In this document: in pieces, positions 12,473 through 25,920 of the stretch
Layout of the letters: every line of letters begins with the position of its first letter
How positions within the stretch are numbered: position 1 is the stretch's first letter
Origin: Lama guanicoe
Taxonomy: Eukaryota
Assembly: GCA_013239625.1 (NCBI GenBank)
Contig: MU053934.1
Span: forward strand, 12,185,413-12,247,412
Length of the DNA: 62,000 nucleotides
Direction of reading: 5' to 3'
Position numbers and translations under genes: made by a program
Notes under the pieces: generated by a model
Seen by the model: the letters and a program-made list of their open reading frames with translations, nothing else
The model's database searches: none
Told to the model about the DNA's origin: nothing

Positions 12473-13079
12473 CTGCAGCGGAGACAGGCAGTGAGCAGCG
12501 CGGCGCCCGCCTCCCCGCTCCCCGCGCCCGGGCCTCCCTCCTGTGTTCTCTGCCGGCACCGACTTGAGCAGTGACAGCTGCGAGAGCCGAGGAACTCAGC
12601 TCCGCTTGAAGTCCTGTCCTGGGTTTAACGGAGGAGCACACAAATGACCCACAGGCAGCCAAGCCCGGTGACAGTGCCCCTGACAGCCACACGGGTCAAC
12701 AGGGAGCCAACAGAACCACCCATGGTGGCGCCGAGGGTGCCCGAACAGGGCGACGTGACCAGTGACGGGGAAGCAGCCTGCTCTGGAGGGCCCTGAGCCG
12801 AGGAAAGAGAAGGGCGGGCTCCCGGGGCAGCAGGGACACAGGCACCAGCAGCAGCTCGGGCTCAGCCCAGGCTGGAGGCCAGAGGGTCCGGCACTGGTTG
12901 CTGGAGAGGAGGGTCTGAGTGCCCAGGACGGGAGAGCGAGGGGGGCACGTGCCCGCGGGGGCTCGTCACCGACACAGGGGAGGCCCAAGGAGGGACTGCA
13001 AAGACATCCCCAGAGCACTCGCCCCCTTCCCATGCTGCACGGATGTCCCCCCAGCCTCGGAAACGCAGAGCAACCAATG

Positions 13080-13570
13080 CTAACACAAAGAGGAACCCAG
13101 CATCCATACAATGTCACTGGTTGAAAAAAACCCAACACCTATCAGGTTGTGTACAATTAACCAGGAGTCCAGTTTTAAAAAAACACACAGCACTGTGTTT
13201 TCTAGAGCCAGCAGGTTGATTCTAAAATTCACACAGAAGAACAAGCAGCCCAGAAAGGCCGAGCATCAGCAAGGGGTCTCGGCGGCCAGCTGGTGCCGCC
13301 CGCCGCGAGCCCCCGAGTCGGACGGGGCGGCACAGACCAGAGCGCGGCAGCCGGCCAAGGCGGTGTCTCCGCGGAAAGACGGGCTTCTTAGTCAACAGTG
13401 TTTGAACCACAGAAGAGCTGTTCCAGCAAGGACCAGCTGGCCCCACCCCTCCCGCCGCGCTCCAGGCTAAACTCCAGCGGAAATGCAGGTACCAGCCTTT
13501 CTCGTTATGACAAAATCCAGAGGCAGTAAAGGAAAGTGCTGCTAAATCCAACCACGTAACAACAGAACTT
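13080..13570 (+). mobile_element. GC-shifted LINE-1 ORF2 3' remnant
   Basis: ttgattctaaaattcacacagaagaacaagcagcccagaaaggcc; ggaaagacgggcttcttagtcaacagtgtttgaacca; typical late-ORF2 phrases. Confidence 0.55.
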
Positions 13571-16126
13571 CCACGGGTCAGAAATCACGAGAAGCGGGAC
13601 GAAACGGCTGCCGCTGAGGTCGCGTCTGCGTCTCCTGTGTCAGATGGAGGACTGGCCTCCCTGTGTCACTCTCAAAGGCCGCTGGAAAGCGGGCAAAAGA
13701 CATGGACAGTTTGCTGGAAAAGAAGTGCAGCACCATTGGGCATCGTGACAGGTCCCCACCGTCACTGGTGCTCAGAGAGATGCGCGTACAGCTGTCAGAC
13801 ACGCTGCCTCGGACCCGCGTTACAAAGCCCAGTGTGACAACCTCCCTGCCGTCGGGGAGAGGGACATAGGAGCCCCCCGGGGGGAATCTGCTGACACCTA
13901 ACAAAACCAGAGGTGCATCTGCCCTCTGACCCAACGATCCCTCCCCAGCTCCTCGCCCTGACCACGTACCCACGGCTTGAAACCAAGTGCACACATCACG
14001 GCAGTCAGCTGGGAGCAGCCCCATCTCTGTCGCTGGTGACAGGCGGGGTGCACTGGGTCACGCGGGAGTACACACATGTAATTAAGGAGCCCAGAAGGAC
14101 CCGATCCCTCTGGGGACTGAAGAAGCGCCAGGATAAATTAAGTTTAAAAGAGGAAAAAGGCAAAGTACAGAAATGTGATTAGACTGAGTGACCTGTTTTA
14201 GAAGGAAGGAAGGTTGCCTGTGGGAGGAGCAGGGAAGCCATGGTGGGACCACGACTCCTCTGAGTTTGCCTGTGGGCTGGTTTGACTTTTGAGCCATGTG
14301 AAAGTTTCGTATTTTCAAAAATACTATTAGCAGGGAAAAAAGCGTCAGAGCCTAAGACTGAATTCAGACAGAGACCATTCAAGTTGACTGCGCAGCAAAC
14401 CAGCAGGGCCGCGCAATAAGAAGGTACTGTCCCTCTGGGCGGGAGGCAGAGCGGCCTCCCCTGCAGGTCCACTGCTGGTAGGACGCTGGTCTGGTGCTTT
14501 CGAATACTCGTGTGTTGTGAGAGAGAACTAAGCCATGACTATATTCAATGTCACCAGGAAACAAGATTTTTAGACTAAGAGAAAAATAATGGAAATATAA
14601 AATAACAGAGGTTAAGAAAAAAAAACGCTAGAATGTAAAATTTGATTATACGTTCAAGATCTTTAAATATACACGTATTTCTCAGCTCCACTGAAGAGCT
14701 TGGAAGTAGTGATACCCCAGCAGGAAAGGGTACAGGAGCCCTCCGATCTTGATTTCTATGTACAGCTCCCCTCCAAGCATGAGGGCACATCGGGGCAGGG
14801 ACAGGACCAGCTGAGCCCGGGCCGCCTCAAGCATCCGACGGGAGAGGCTGACAGCATGGTGTCCAGGAGCACAGGTCAGGGTCACGTTGAGCATTGGGGA
14901 GTGATACAGCCAGCATTCTGTAGGCAGCGACAAGCTCTCGTCCTCCATAGGGCGTACGGGCAGGCACAGGTGAGAGCCCCGGCGTGACCTCGGGCCCAGC
15001 AGGGACCGGCCAGCAGTGCTGACCCACAGGTCAAAGGTGCTGGGGCTGATACTTGCAGCACTTCTTCCTGCCCGGGGTCGCCTGCCTCCCAGGAAGCACT
15101 GAGCCGCGGCGAACCGGGCTGGACAGCGACACCATGTGCTCCTGAGCTCACGCCCGCTGACACCACAGGAAACAGGCCCACAGACCATCTCCCAGACAAC
15201 GGACCTGGACTGCAGACAGTCAGTGTCGGGGGGAGAGGGCGGGACTGTCCTGGTCCAAAGAGGCTGGAGTGCAAGGTGTGCCCCCGCTGCTCTGAGAACC
15301 TCAGCCCTGGGAGCGTCTTATTGGGACGGTTCAGGGAGACGCCGGGAGAGCACCCAGCGTTCTGGCTGTCTTAGGGGCACGTGGGACTGTGGGTGTGTGG
15401 GAGACGGCCCTTACGTTTGAAATGCCAGAGTATCTAAGGGTGAAGGGTCCCCTCAATGTCTGCTCCTCGCTTTCAGATGCTTCCAGAAAATGATGCCCGT
15501 GTGTGCGTCCCACCCCCCGTCAGCATAAACACGCACACAGACGCACGGACATGCAGGTCAACCACGGAGAACCTCGGTGTTTACCGCACTGACCCTTCAG
15601 CTTTTCTGTATGTTTGAAATTTCTCGTGGCAAACCTTTGGGAGCCAAGAGGATCTATGCTGGAAGTGATGCAGGGCGTGTGTGTGAGGACTGCCCTGGCC
15701 CCCGCCAAGCCCATGGGAGGACAGCGGCCCCGGGGGGAGGCTCTCACCAGTGGGGTCTGTCATGAAACTGGACGGATGGCTGATCTAAAACTCGAATGCA
15801 CGCTGAGAGGACTGAGAAAATGCAAGACGCCGGCGGAGAGGGTGGCCGAGGGCACAGGGTGTTGGCGAGACTGGGCAGAGAGGCCCCAAGTGGAAGAAGA
15901 GAAGCCGACCGAGTGCTCAGGGCTGGAGCTGAGCTGAGCCTGCGGTCGGGGGACAGAACGGGCATCAGAGAACGGTGCACAGACGTCTCACTGTCCCCAG
16001 AGAGAAGGAAGTTAGCAGAACCTGCTCCACGCACACCAGGCCCGCGCAAAGCCAGCGTTGGACATGAGCCAGGGCTTAGCGGCGCTGCATCTCTACGGGC
16101 GGTTGAATGAGATAAAGGAGACGCAC

Positions 16127-16249
16127 CTTGAAGGCCGGCGGGTAGTCCTGAAAGACCTCCAGGATTCTCGTCACGCTGAAGGACAGGTACCCGGAGGCCG
16201 CAAACAGCAGTGGGGACGCCAGGCTGCAGATGGCGGTCAGCACCTCCAC
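16127..16249 (-). CDS. MLC1: MLC1 exon 10 (123 nt): [41 protein letters not shown]
   Basis: ctccAG acceptor, GTGCGT donor, peptide homology. Confidence 0.96.
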
Positions 16250-16761
16250 CTGGAGGGAGGCAAGAGCAAGGTGTCGCTGCCGCTGCGCAGGCGGAGGGCG
16301 CGGCGGGAGGACCACGTGGGAGAACTGCTGAGTTGACGTGGGTCCAGTTCGGCGTGGGGGAGGCTACTGAAGTCTCTGCACTTGGTTTGCCTGTTAATCC
16401 CAAGTGCCCCGTGTGTCTCACGTGTGCTTTCTCAACTTATGCACAACTCTCCACTTTGTTGAAAAACAGCACTTATGAACGGACAGCCTCCTTCCGGGGG
16501 CCTCAGACCTGATCTCCTAAGACGCTGCCCCCATTGGAGGGCGATACTGGACCATGCCAGAGGCCACGCCGAGCCCCACCCTTTGCCCAGTCACAGGACT
16601 CATGCTTTCTGCTTATTTCCACAGACAGTCCTGCCCTGTGACAGCCACGGCCCGCCTCGAGCCTCCCTACCCAACCACCCTGCGGACGCCTCTCAGCAGC
16701 TCAGCCCCCACCCCACCCCCAGCCGGGGCCTGCAGCCTGGCTCCCTAGTGGAGCCTTGTCA

Positions 16762-16869
<108 letters not shown>

Positions 16870-19726
16870 CTAAGAGAATAGGAAAGAGGAAGACTTCAGA
16901 GATGACAGCCCAGGAAGTCGGATCCCAGACGTGTGCTCTTGCGTTCTGACTGGGGCCACCCTTGTCACCAGGAGAGGCCGGGCGGAGAGGGGCCAGGCCA
17001 GGCGGCTGCAGGGCTCCTGTGCTCCCTGCTCCCCAGCTCTGCAGAGAGGCTGCAGGACCATGCGGGGGATGCTGGGTGCCCTGGAACCCGCACACCTGCT
17101 CTCTGGGACCAGCCCCACATCTGCTGTGCGGGTCAACCCAGCATCGCACCGGGGAGACCACACAGACCCAACAGCCCCATCCGAGGCAGGGTCTGTGTTG
17201 GAACTGGCCCCAGGACGTCCGGTCACAACCGAGTTTGCTGCTGGCTCAGGAGCCAGTGGTCACGCTTCCTAGTTCCTTTTCCCATTTGCTGGTCTCCGTG
17301 CTGGGAAGACGTGGCATTTCTGGGGAGCGCCCAGCTGGCTGCAGGCAGGCTCGGGTGGGTGATTGGGCCAGGGGGCCCAGGAGACTGCAGACCCCCGTCC
17401 ACCACGCTCTGACCCCTGGGTTCGGTGGGTCTTTGTATTCAGTAAACACCTTTTCCCACTTATTTTAAGGAGCGTGATTTTAGTCATACACGATTCCAGC
17501 AGAGGGAAGCTCAGGGGAGCATAGGTCTCCTCCGAGGTTGCTGAATGCTGGGCCCGCCTTCCTGCCACCCCCTCGCCCCCCACCCTGGGATCCAGGTGCC
17601 CAGCCCAGCACAGCCTGCTGAGCCCAGGACCCCAAGTGTTACCCATCCACACACATCCCCCACAAAGGCAGAGGAGTGTCCACACCCTGGGCAGCAGTGG
17701 ACCCCTCCTCGTGGGACTGTCTCAGACCCCTGAACACACCAGGGGGCTCCTGCATTTGTTAGGGGCTTATAAGAAGATGAGTCAGACAGGTGGGCTCAGG
17801 GCAGTGAGAGCCTGGGCAGCAGGAGGAAGACCAAGGAGGATGCAGACCAAAGAAGGCGGCGAGAGCAGCCATGCAAAGGCCCTGGGGCGAGAGGGACAGT
17901 GGCGCCTGAGTGGGGCCAGGTGGGGGGTGTGGGCCTGGCGGGGGTGCTGGGGAGGCTGAGGTGTCAATGCAGGGGTCTCTCCTAGGCTGTTTTTCCAGCA
18001 GGCTTTCTGCCGAGCAGGAGTGAGAGCGGAGGAGGGGCCATGGATGGGACCAACCAGTTCAGAACCGCCTGCAGTGGCCCGAAAAGCCCAGGGGAGGGCA
18101 GCATCTGCTTTTCTGTCCAGTCCAGCCTAACCCTGGCCTGGCAGAAAACCTGGCCACGGGTCAGGGCAGTGCGTACACCACCCAGCCCAGGACAGGCCCC
18201 AGGGACAGGGTGTCAGGGACCCTCAGCCCTGGACCCCTGCCTGGCGCCCCTGGTCTATGCTGGAGGCCTCTCCCACTGCCATCTGCCCAGATGGGGGCAC
18301 GTGGAGCTGGCTCAACACCCCCCTCCCCCGGAAACCCCACTCTGCGTCCTTTCCCCTCCCCCTGGGGGCTCCCTTGCCTGCTCCTAGCTCTTCCAGAGCT
18401 GTGGGGGAGGGAGTGGTGGGTGGATTTAGGGCCGGCCAGGAGGAGGGAACAGCGCTAGTTGGGTGTGGGGTGGGGACCAGGGGAGAGGAAGAGGCAGGAG
18501 GGCCTCAGGATGAGGACAGGTCTCAGGGAGAAAGTGCTGGAAACACTGAGGCTGCCAAGCACCTCTCCCTCTTGTCATGAACCTTCAGGAGGCCTTAGGC
18601 TCCATCCATCCTCACCAGCCGCCCCACAGGCCATGACTCCGGGACTTCCTCATCACAGAGGCCGGACGTGCAGACAGACAAGCCTCCCCAGGAGCAGCAG
18701 GCCTGTCGCTTGTCTGCAAGTCCCGCCTGTGCCCTGGCAGCAGCGGCCTGGGTGTGGCTCTCTCTCCCCGGGCCCTGTCTTAGGGGAGCCCCTCAAGCCA
18801 GCAAGTCTTGGGTCCCAGGGAGGCCACACAGGCACCACTGGGACGCTGAGCCCTGGGACCCAGTGGCCATCCAGCCCCAGCATCCGTCCCTCGGTCTCCA
18901 GGAGGCAGAGGTGAAGGTCAGCGTGAAGGCCACACCCTTGCGGCAGCTTCGGGCAAGGAGCAGGTGGCTGAGGATGCTCAGGGCCTGGCACTTGCAGGAT
19001 CAACCCCAAACTCCAGGAGCCCAAAGCACAGGTGGGCGTCGGTTTGGGGGGCGTCTCGTGACACCGGGAAGTTCGGGAGTGAGGGGCACATGGCCACTGT
19101 CCCAAGCGTCTGTGGGGGCCCAGACCCCGCTGGGAGGCCCAGCCAAAAGGAGGCCGCAGTCTGGGGGCTGTGGCTCCACAGGCTGCGCTTCACTTAACAG
19201 GAAACAACATCAAAGTATGTAAGTAAGCTTGGAATTACTTATGAAATGACAAAAAGGGCTGTGTTGAAAACAGTGACCACGCAGTAAGCACTTCCTGAGC
19301 ACTAGGTGTGATCTTAGCATTGACTATGGTAGCATTTGATGAGGAAAAAATATGTTACACTTTGTAAAATGTAGTATGAAACAACAATATGAAGGTCATA
19401 TGCTATACAATTATTGTTTCAAGTGCTTTTCAGGAAAAATAATACAAAAAATATAAAATAACAACAGCAGCTAACACATCGCCCACTGAATTCTGGGTTC
19501 CCAGGTCCCTCCAGCCTGGGCCCCAAGGACCCCAGGCCAGCAGCCAGGGCAGGGGGTGTCCTGCTCTGACTGCCTGCGACCACCCCTTCTCCTCCAGCTG
19601 CTTCCTGCCCGGCCTGACTCCCGCAAAGCTGGGCTCAAGGGCCAACAGGATGCATAGCCCAGGGCGGTGGGGTGACTGTGCAGCCCGGCCAGCCTCGAGG
19701 ACAAGGGCTGCCCAGGAGGTACTCAC

Positions 19727-19843
19727 GGCCACTAGGATCCAAAAGAACGTCACAGAGAGGTGGGGGCCCGAGACGGCGTCGTCCAGGTTCAGAGCGATGA
19801 CCCCTCCAAGGACGGCGGAGATGCCAGCGATCACCTCAATGAC
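19727..19843 (-). CDS. MLC1: MLC1 exon 8 (117 nt): [39 protein letters not shown]
   Basis: ctccAG acceptor, GTGAGT donor, peptide homology. Confidence 0.97.
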
Positions 19844-20701
19844 CTGGAGGCAGATCATCTGTGTCATGGGGTGGAGGGGCCGGCTCCGCGGGGTCCCTGA
19901 GAGCGAGGAGGGGAGGGAGGGGAGGGAGGGGCGGGTCCCTGAGAGCTCAGGGCGGAGGTGCTGGCACCCATGCTGAGATGTTGAGGATAATCTCCCAAGG
20001 AATACTGAGAATGCATATTTCCAACCCAAACTTGTAGGAAAAGGAAGGAAGAAGCTCCTGCCAGTTCAAGGAAAGTGGGAAAAGGCACAGAAAATAGGCA
20101 ACAAAAAGATGGAGGAATAAATGTGACAGTGTCAGGAATCGCACTCTGGGTGAACGGGCCCGGGCCCGGAGAGACCGTGAGCAGAGCCCAGCGCGTGCAA
20201 ACCGCCCACTCGGGAGGCTGGGAGGCCCCGGGTGGGGCGGGAAGGCACACTAGGAAGTATTGGCCGGAAGGTAACTGGCATCCTAAAACAGTGTAGGTTT
20301 CGTGGCAAAAGCCTCTACTGAAGAGAGTTGCCCGGAATGATGGAAAAACAAGGAAAGAGGAAGGAAGGCCGACTTCATTTGTGACTAAACCCAGGCCCCA
20401 AAACTGCGGGGAGAAAAGCTGCAGAGGGACCCAGAGAGACCGCAGTTCTGACGGCTCAGTAACAGGACGCGTAGACTGAGCTGTTTGAAAAAGGCACAAA
20501 AGACTTAGAACACAACTAACAAGAGAGGGTGGCCATAGAACCTATCCTTCAAACCAGGACGCTTTGAGAGTAAAGGGGATGTCCCGTCCACCAGGACAGT
20601 GCGAGTCAGCATGGACGCGCCTGCACCATGTTTATGTACCATGTACCGTCCAGCACCCCCCCCCATGAAGTGAAACAAGGAGAAAGAAAAGCTCCTCTTA
20701 C

Positions 20702-20773
20702 TGAATAGGATTTCAGGACCCGAGCAGGAAATGTCACTTCATACAGAGGGTTGGCACTCTCAGAGACGGAACC
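20702..20773 (-). CDS. MLC1: MLC1 exon 7 (72 nt): GSVSESANPLYEVTFPARVLKSYS
   Basis: tttctttttAG acceptor, GTAAGA donor; translated by hand, not in the ORF track. Confidence 0.95.
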
Positions 20774-21139
20774 CTAAAAAGAAACAAGACCTCATCACAG
20801 GGGCGGCCATCTGTCCATCCAGCCCCTGGCACAGTGGGCCGTGCCCAGGCTGTCACTCAGGTGGAAGTCACTGCCGGTTCTTCAGGTTTGAGAGCAAAAG
20901 CTCAAGTGCAGACTTTCTCTTTGCATATGACTTGGGTTCCACTGCTGGAATCCTAGTCAACAAGGCGATGCTGTCAGCGGACTTGGTCTCTGCCTGTGAC
21001 ACTTGGGGATCAAACGAGGTGGTGCTGCATCCTGGTCCTCGCTCCCCCCACACCAGGCCTCTGACCTGCCTGCGGGGGGAGCATGACCCCTGGCTCTGCA
21101 GCCAGGTCAGTGGAGCAGCCGGCCACAGGCTGGACCCAC

Positions 21140-21238
21140 CTTTCGCTTGCCATGCGCCTCGCTAGACCGCGCGGAGATGATCACCGTGGCCGCCATGAAC
21201 AGCTCCAGCAGCAGCAGCAGAATCAGGTTGAAATTGAT
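21140..21238 (-). CDS. MLC1: MLC1 exon 6 (99 nt): [33 protein letters not shown]
   Basis: ggcAG acceptor, GTGGGT donor, peptide homology. Confidence 0.96.
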
Positions 21239-21489
21239 CTGCCAAAGGAGGACACGTCCGTCTGTGAAACCAGCCTGTATCCCGCCAACGCCGACCACCC
21301 CGCAGACAGGCCGAGGTGCCTGCTACAAGTCTGGGCAGCTCTTCCTGTCCAAAGCCAGTCGCTAGGCAGGCACACCACCTCTGACTTTCGTGTGTCTCTG
21401 TGTTTGTTGGTGTTTGTTTTTAAAGTGACAAATTCATAGCAAACCAACACTGGAAGACGACGTTTTAACTTGGTGAAGGTCACACATCA

Positions 21490-22230
21490 AAACCGCAATG
21501 AAACTGTAGATACGACCCATTTAAAATCAGAATCAGACAGAGAGGCCCACGGTACTAAAAGTCCTGGACAGAGCTATTAAGAAAAAGGAGAAAGAGCGTA
21601 AGACTGAACGGGACCATCTAAACTGTCATTAATTACAGACAATACGGTGACCTGCGCAGAAAAACCAGCATAACCCACAGGAAAGTTTCGGCAAAGTTTC
21701 AGGGCACAAAGTCCACTTACAAAAAGTCCATTTTAAAAAACTGGTACAGTTTGAATAAGGTCTGTACCCGAGTTAACACTTGCCAATGTCACGTTCCTGA
21801 TTTGCCAAAGTAAGATGCTGTCATTGGGGGGAGCTGGATGAGGGGTACCCAGAAATGCTCTGGACTATTTGTGCTAATTCTTCTTAGTCTTTAAATATTA
21901 CAAAATAAAGAAAAAATTAAAACTGATAGCCTCTCTCTGCACCAGCAAGAATCCATCTGAAAATATAACTTAAAAAAATAAAACACCATTTGCACCAGCA
22001 ACAAAATCTGTGACTCCTCTAGGAATTACCTAACCAAGAATTCACAGAGCATTCGATGCCAACAGAGGACCGAGGAGATGGGGTGAGTAAGTGGGGAGGC
22101 CGTCTACGTGTTGGTGACAACATAACAATGATGTCCATCCTCACAAAATTATTCTATGAAACTCCGAGTGACCAGAACAGAATCCCTGCTGTATTTTTTG
22201 AGGCGCCCAGTAAACTTATTCTGAAACATG
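21490..22230 (+). mobile_element. Old LINE-1 ORF2 remnants with an embedded L1 3'-UTR piece
   Basis: aaactgtcattaattacagacaatacggtgacc (RT F/YADD-like region); aaacaccatttgcaccagcaacaaaa..taggaattacctaaccaag. Confidence 0.65.
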
Positions 22231-24300
22231 TCTGAAGTAGGAGAGGTCACCTTTGAAGCAGGAAGGCAGTTGGAGTTAGGAAGCTTCGGTAAGAAGCCTG
22301 GTGTCACATGGGCAGCGAGCAGCTCGTGGGGGAATCTGACACAGGGTGTGAAAGCCAGTCCTCAGCCCGAGGGCAGGAGTGGGCAGGGGTGCGAACGGCC
22401 CACGAGAGGGGGAAGCCCAGGAGGGTGAGAGCCCATGAAGGCCTCAAGTTCAGCTCTGCAGGGCCTCCTGTGTCACCACGTGTGACGCTGTGCTTGGATG
22501 CCAGGGGTGCCGACCTGTGGTCCCAAGTCCTTCCGCGTGTCTGGGTGTCAGGGTTGCGAGGCCTCCCCGCAGCCTGGCTCCAGCCCCGGGGGAGGAGCCT
22601 GAGGGCCAGGTTAGCGGCAGGCGCTGGCGCGGTGGCCTCTGTCCGGGGTGCGGCAGGGAGGGCCGGTGAGGGACACCGTGGGCCCACGGGCCACGCTGCA
22701 GAAGGCTGGGCAGCGTCCTTCACCACTTCCTCGTCATACTGTGTGTCGGGGCGCTCTTCTGAGTAACGAGTGCTGTGGTCTTTGTTTGGGTTCGGGGCTT
22801 CCCCGGCGAGGAACACACCACCTGGTCGTACGCATGCGTGTTTCTCCAGGGTTTGTGCTGTGAGGTTTCCAGTGTGTGTGCTTCTTCGGAAGGGCCTGCA
22901 AATTCCAGACTGTTTTCCAAAGAGCCAGCAGCAGGTACAGAGTGGCCAGAATGAGGGAAGCGCCGGGGCTTCTGCCCATCTGATACTGGAAACAGCATCT
23001 CCTTGTGGTTTTAATTTCCCTCCCGCTGGCGCTGTGGTCTCCTCCCCAGCGAGTGCTCTGCGTGGACTCCTGTTGCCCTCAACCTTCCCCCAGGTTCTGT
23101 GGCCAGAGCTCCTCACCTCCCCTGGGACTGGCCACCGTCCCAAGGGAACTGGTCCCCGTCCTTACACCGTGTGCCCCTCGTGTCTGGGCTCTGGCGTTCC
23201 GGGCTGGATCTGCGTGGCAGGCGGGTGGGCAGAGGCCCAGAACCAGGGTCCCGTTCAGCACACGTGAGACTCCTCAGGCTGACCTGGTCTGGGCACGGCT
23301 CTCCCGTCCCGGCTGAGTGGTGAGGCTGAGTCCCCACCTGCTCTCCGGTGCGGCTCCGTCCCCGGCCCTGGGTCTACCTAGACCTGCGGGGCCTGGCCTG
23401 CAGGCGCCCTGACCCTGGACACCCTGGACATGCACCACCACCTCCACTCAGGGTCTCTTTGGGAAAGAAGCCTCGCAGTTCTCAGTGAGGCTTTATGCTT
23501 TTCTACAAAACAGGCTCCAGACCTTTGGTGACACCTGTTCCCAGGAACTCCGTATTTATTTCTGTAAGATGATTTCTGTGTTTTAATAACATTTTCAAAA
23601 CTTTCTGTTTCCGGCACAAACAATTATTTCACATTGATGTTCACATACAGCCACCTTGCTACGTGTGCTGAATAATCCGAATGTCAAGGAAGCAGCACGT
23701 GGTCTCTCCTGCACATGATGGTGGCACAGGTGTTCCCTTCAGGCCTACCTGTCTGTCCCTAACGCCTGGCTGAGACATCCCAGGGCCACCCCACCCTTTC
23801 CCGATCTTAAAGAAAATGTGTTCACTATTGCACACAGAACAGAGGCAGTTCTGATCAGTCCCATTTCTCTATGAGATTCTTCTCTGTTGCATCGTAATTT
23901 AAATGACAAGACTTTCCCATTTTTCTTAGCAGAACATAAAGCAACAGCGCGACTTAAGACTTACAAAGGCAGCATCACAGATCTGATGAAGTAGGTTATT
24001 GTGTTACCATTAATGTTTAAGAATTGCGGTGAAAGGGATTCAGAATCTGAAAATCGTCCACTAGAATCAGTGAGAGTTAAAGATAATTCTTCTCTTCAGA
24101 AGCTTAAACAAAAGCCTCAAAACTGGTCAATCTCAAGAGCGACGATACACATTTCCTGTGTGCATCCCATCACTGACGTTTTCTACCCAACAGATCGAGC
24201 TCTCGGACACCAGCTCCGGCCCCACAGGGCTCGGCACCTGTGTCTGTCAGAGGAAACAGGAAGCATTGGGACCCACGTGGCTTCGAGACCAGAGACTCAC

Positions 24301-24402
24301 GTCTACTGCAGACGGGTTCAGGACCAGTTTGCATCCAAACCAGATCAAACAAGTAGTGGTAATAGCAAACGTGGAAACAAACAGTATCTGAAAGTTTGGA
24401 AT
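24301..24402 (-). CDS. MLC1: MLC1 exon 5 (102 nt): [34 protein letters not shown]
   Basis: ttttcAG acceptor, GTGAGT donor, peptide homology. Confidence 0.96.
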
Positions 24403-24556
24403 CTGAAAAACAAGACAGGAGGGTTTTCCTGCTCAATCCCGTTCCTGGTCATTAATCGACAACCCCAGGGACGGGACGTGGCTCCCAGCCTCCCAGCCCC
24501 GCCCCTGTCAGGTCTCTGGCACTGCCTGGGCAATGGGGGCAGGAGGTTGGACTCAC

Positions 24557-24610
24557 CACATTGACATTTCTCCCTGAGACGGCAAAGCTCACAATGGCCG
24601 AGGGGACACA
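24557..24610 (-). CDS. MLC1: MLC1 exon 4 (54 nt): CVPSAIVSFAVSGRNVNV
   Basis: ctcttttcAG acceptor, GTGAGT donor, peptide homology. Confidence 0.95.
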
Positions 24611-25657
24611 CTGAAAAGAGAGCAGGTTGAGGTGGTGTGCCCACTGTCACTCTGTGCCCTGAAATCCCAATGGCCCGAGACCTGTCACCTGCCACCAGGT
24701 GCAGGGGTTCTGCTCCACCCTGAAGGGTCTCAAGCCTTTCAAAATACATATTCTGCAAATAGTTTCATTTGTTCTGATGAGATGAAGAGATGTCCAGCGA
24801 TGAAGCCTGTCCCAGCCGGACATGCTTGGAGGTCGGATGTGGCTTCCTGCTGCCCGAGACCCAGTGCGTCTGAGTCAGAATTGCCCAGGAAGGTGAAACA
24901 CCCCCGGAGCCCCTCGCCTCCACCACCCCACCCTGGAGTGGAGGGTGAGGAAGAGGACGAGCCTGGGGGGCTGGGCACTGGGGAGTGGATGGGGGAGCTG
25001 GGCCACCGAGGGCTGCAGGGGAGCCTGGGGGACCACGTGAAACATCTCCCTAGCCCGTCACCCCTGAGGGTGAAGGATACACTGAAGATTTTTCTGGGAC
25101 ATTGGCCTGACTCAGAGGTCACTGTGACCCCCCAACCAGGGCTGCCTCAGCGGTGAGGACAATGGGCCACCTAGAACGTTCCAGAGAGAACAGCAGGGAG
25201 TGAGTCAAATTCTTCCCAAGAGTTTCTGTCTAAGAGAGCAGAGGCTGGACAACAGGGGTGGGGCACAGGGTAAGGGAAGGTGTCTGTGTTGTATCTTCAC
25301 ATATTTGGGGGTGCTGACAGCTGGAGCAGGAGTCGGGGGCGAGAGGGCCCCCCCACAGGACCCCAGGGCATATGCCCTGTGCTCAAGCTGGCCGGGGTCC
25401 AAGGTGGTCTCTCTATGAGGACCAGTGGCCCCCCAGGCCCCGGCACAAGCTTTGGGGAGGGGTGGGGGTGCAGCCACAAACCACGCAGGGCGGGTTCCCT
25501 GCCAGCCCATGGACAGCTGGGAGCAGCACGCAGCTGCAAGTTGGAAATCCAAGTGCCCTTTCTTGCCCTGGAGTCTGTGGAGCAGGACTCAGACTTGCTT
25601 CACTGATCATTTTCAAACATGAATGCTATTTGAAGCCAATGTATATGAAGAGACTTT

Positions 25658-25920
25658 TAGGGGAAAGGGGTGGGGAGGGATAAATTAGGAGTTTGGGATT
25701 AACAGATACACACCACTGTCTATAAAATACATAAACAACAAGGACCTACTGTAGCACGCAGGGAACTATATTCAATATCTTGTAATAACATATAATGGAA
25801 AAAAATCTGAAAAGAAAAGAATTATATATGTATGTGTAAATATAACTGAATCGCTTTGCTGTACACCTGAAACTAATATTGTAAATCAACTACAATTCAG
25901 TAAAATATAAAATTAAAATA
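25658..25920 (+). mobile_element. 5'-truncated LINE-1 3' end (cetartiodactyl type)
   Basis: G-rich tract then gataaattaggagtttgggattaacagatacac..gggaactatattcaatatcttgtaataac..ctgtacacctgaaactaa..gtaaatcaactac, with an A-rich tail. Confidence 0.85.

Noticed and set aside
22304..23143. 279-aa minus-strand ORF in MLC1 intron 5
   Set aside because: Non-ATG-style start, no homology recognised, several overlapping frames open as expected at this GC content
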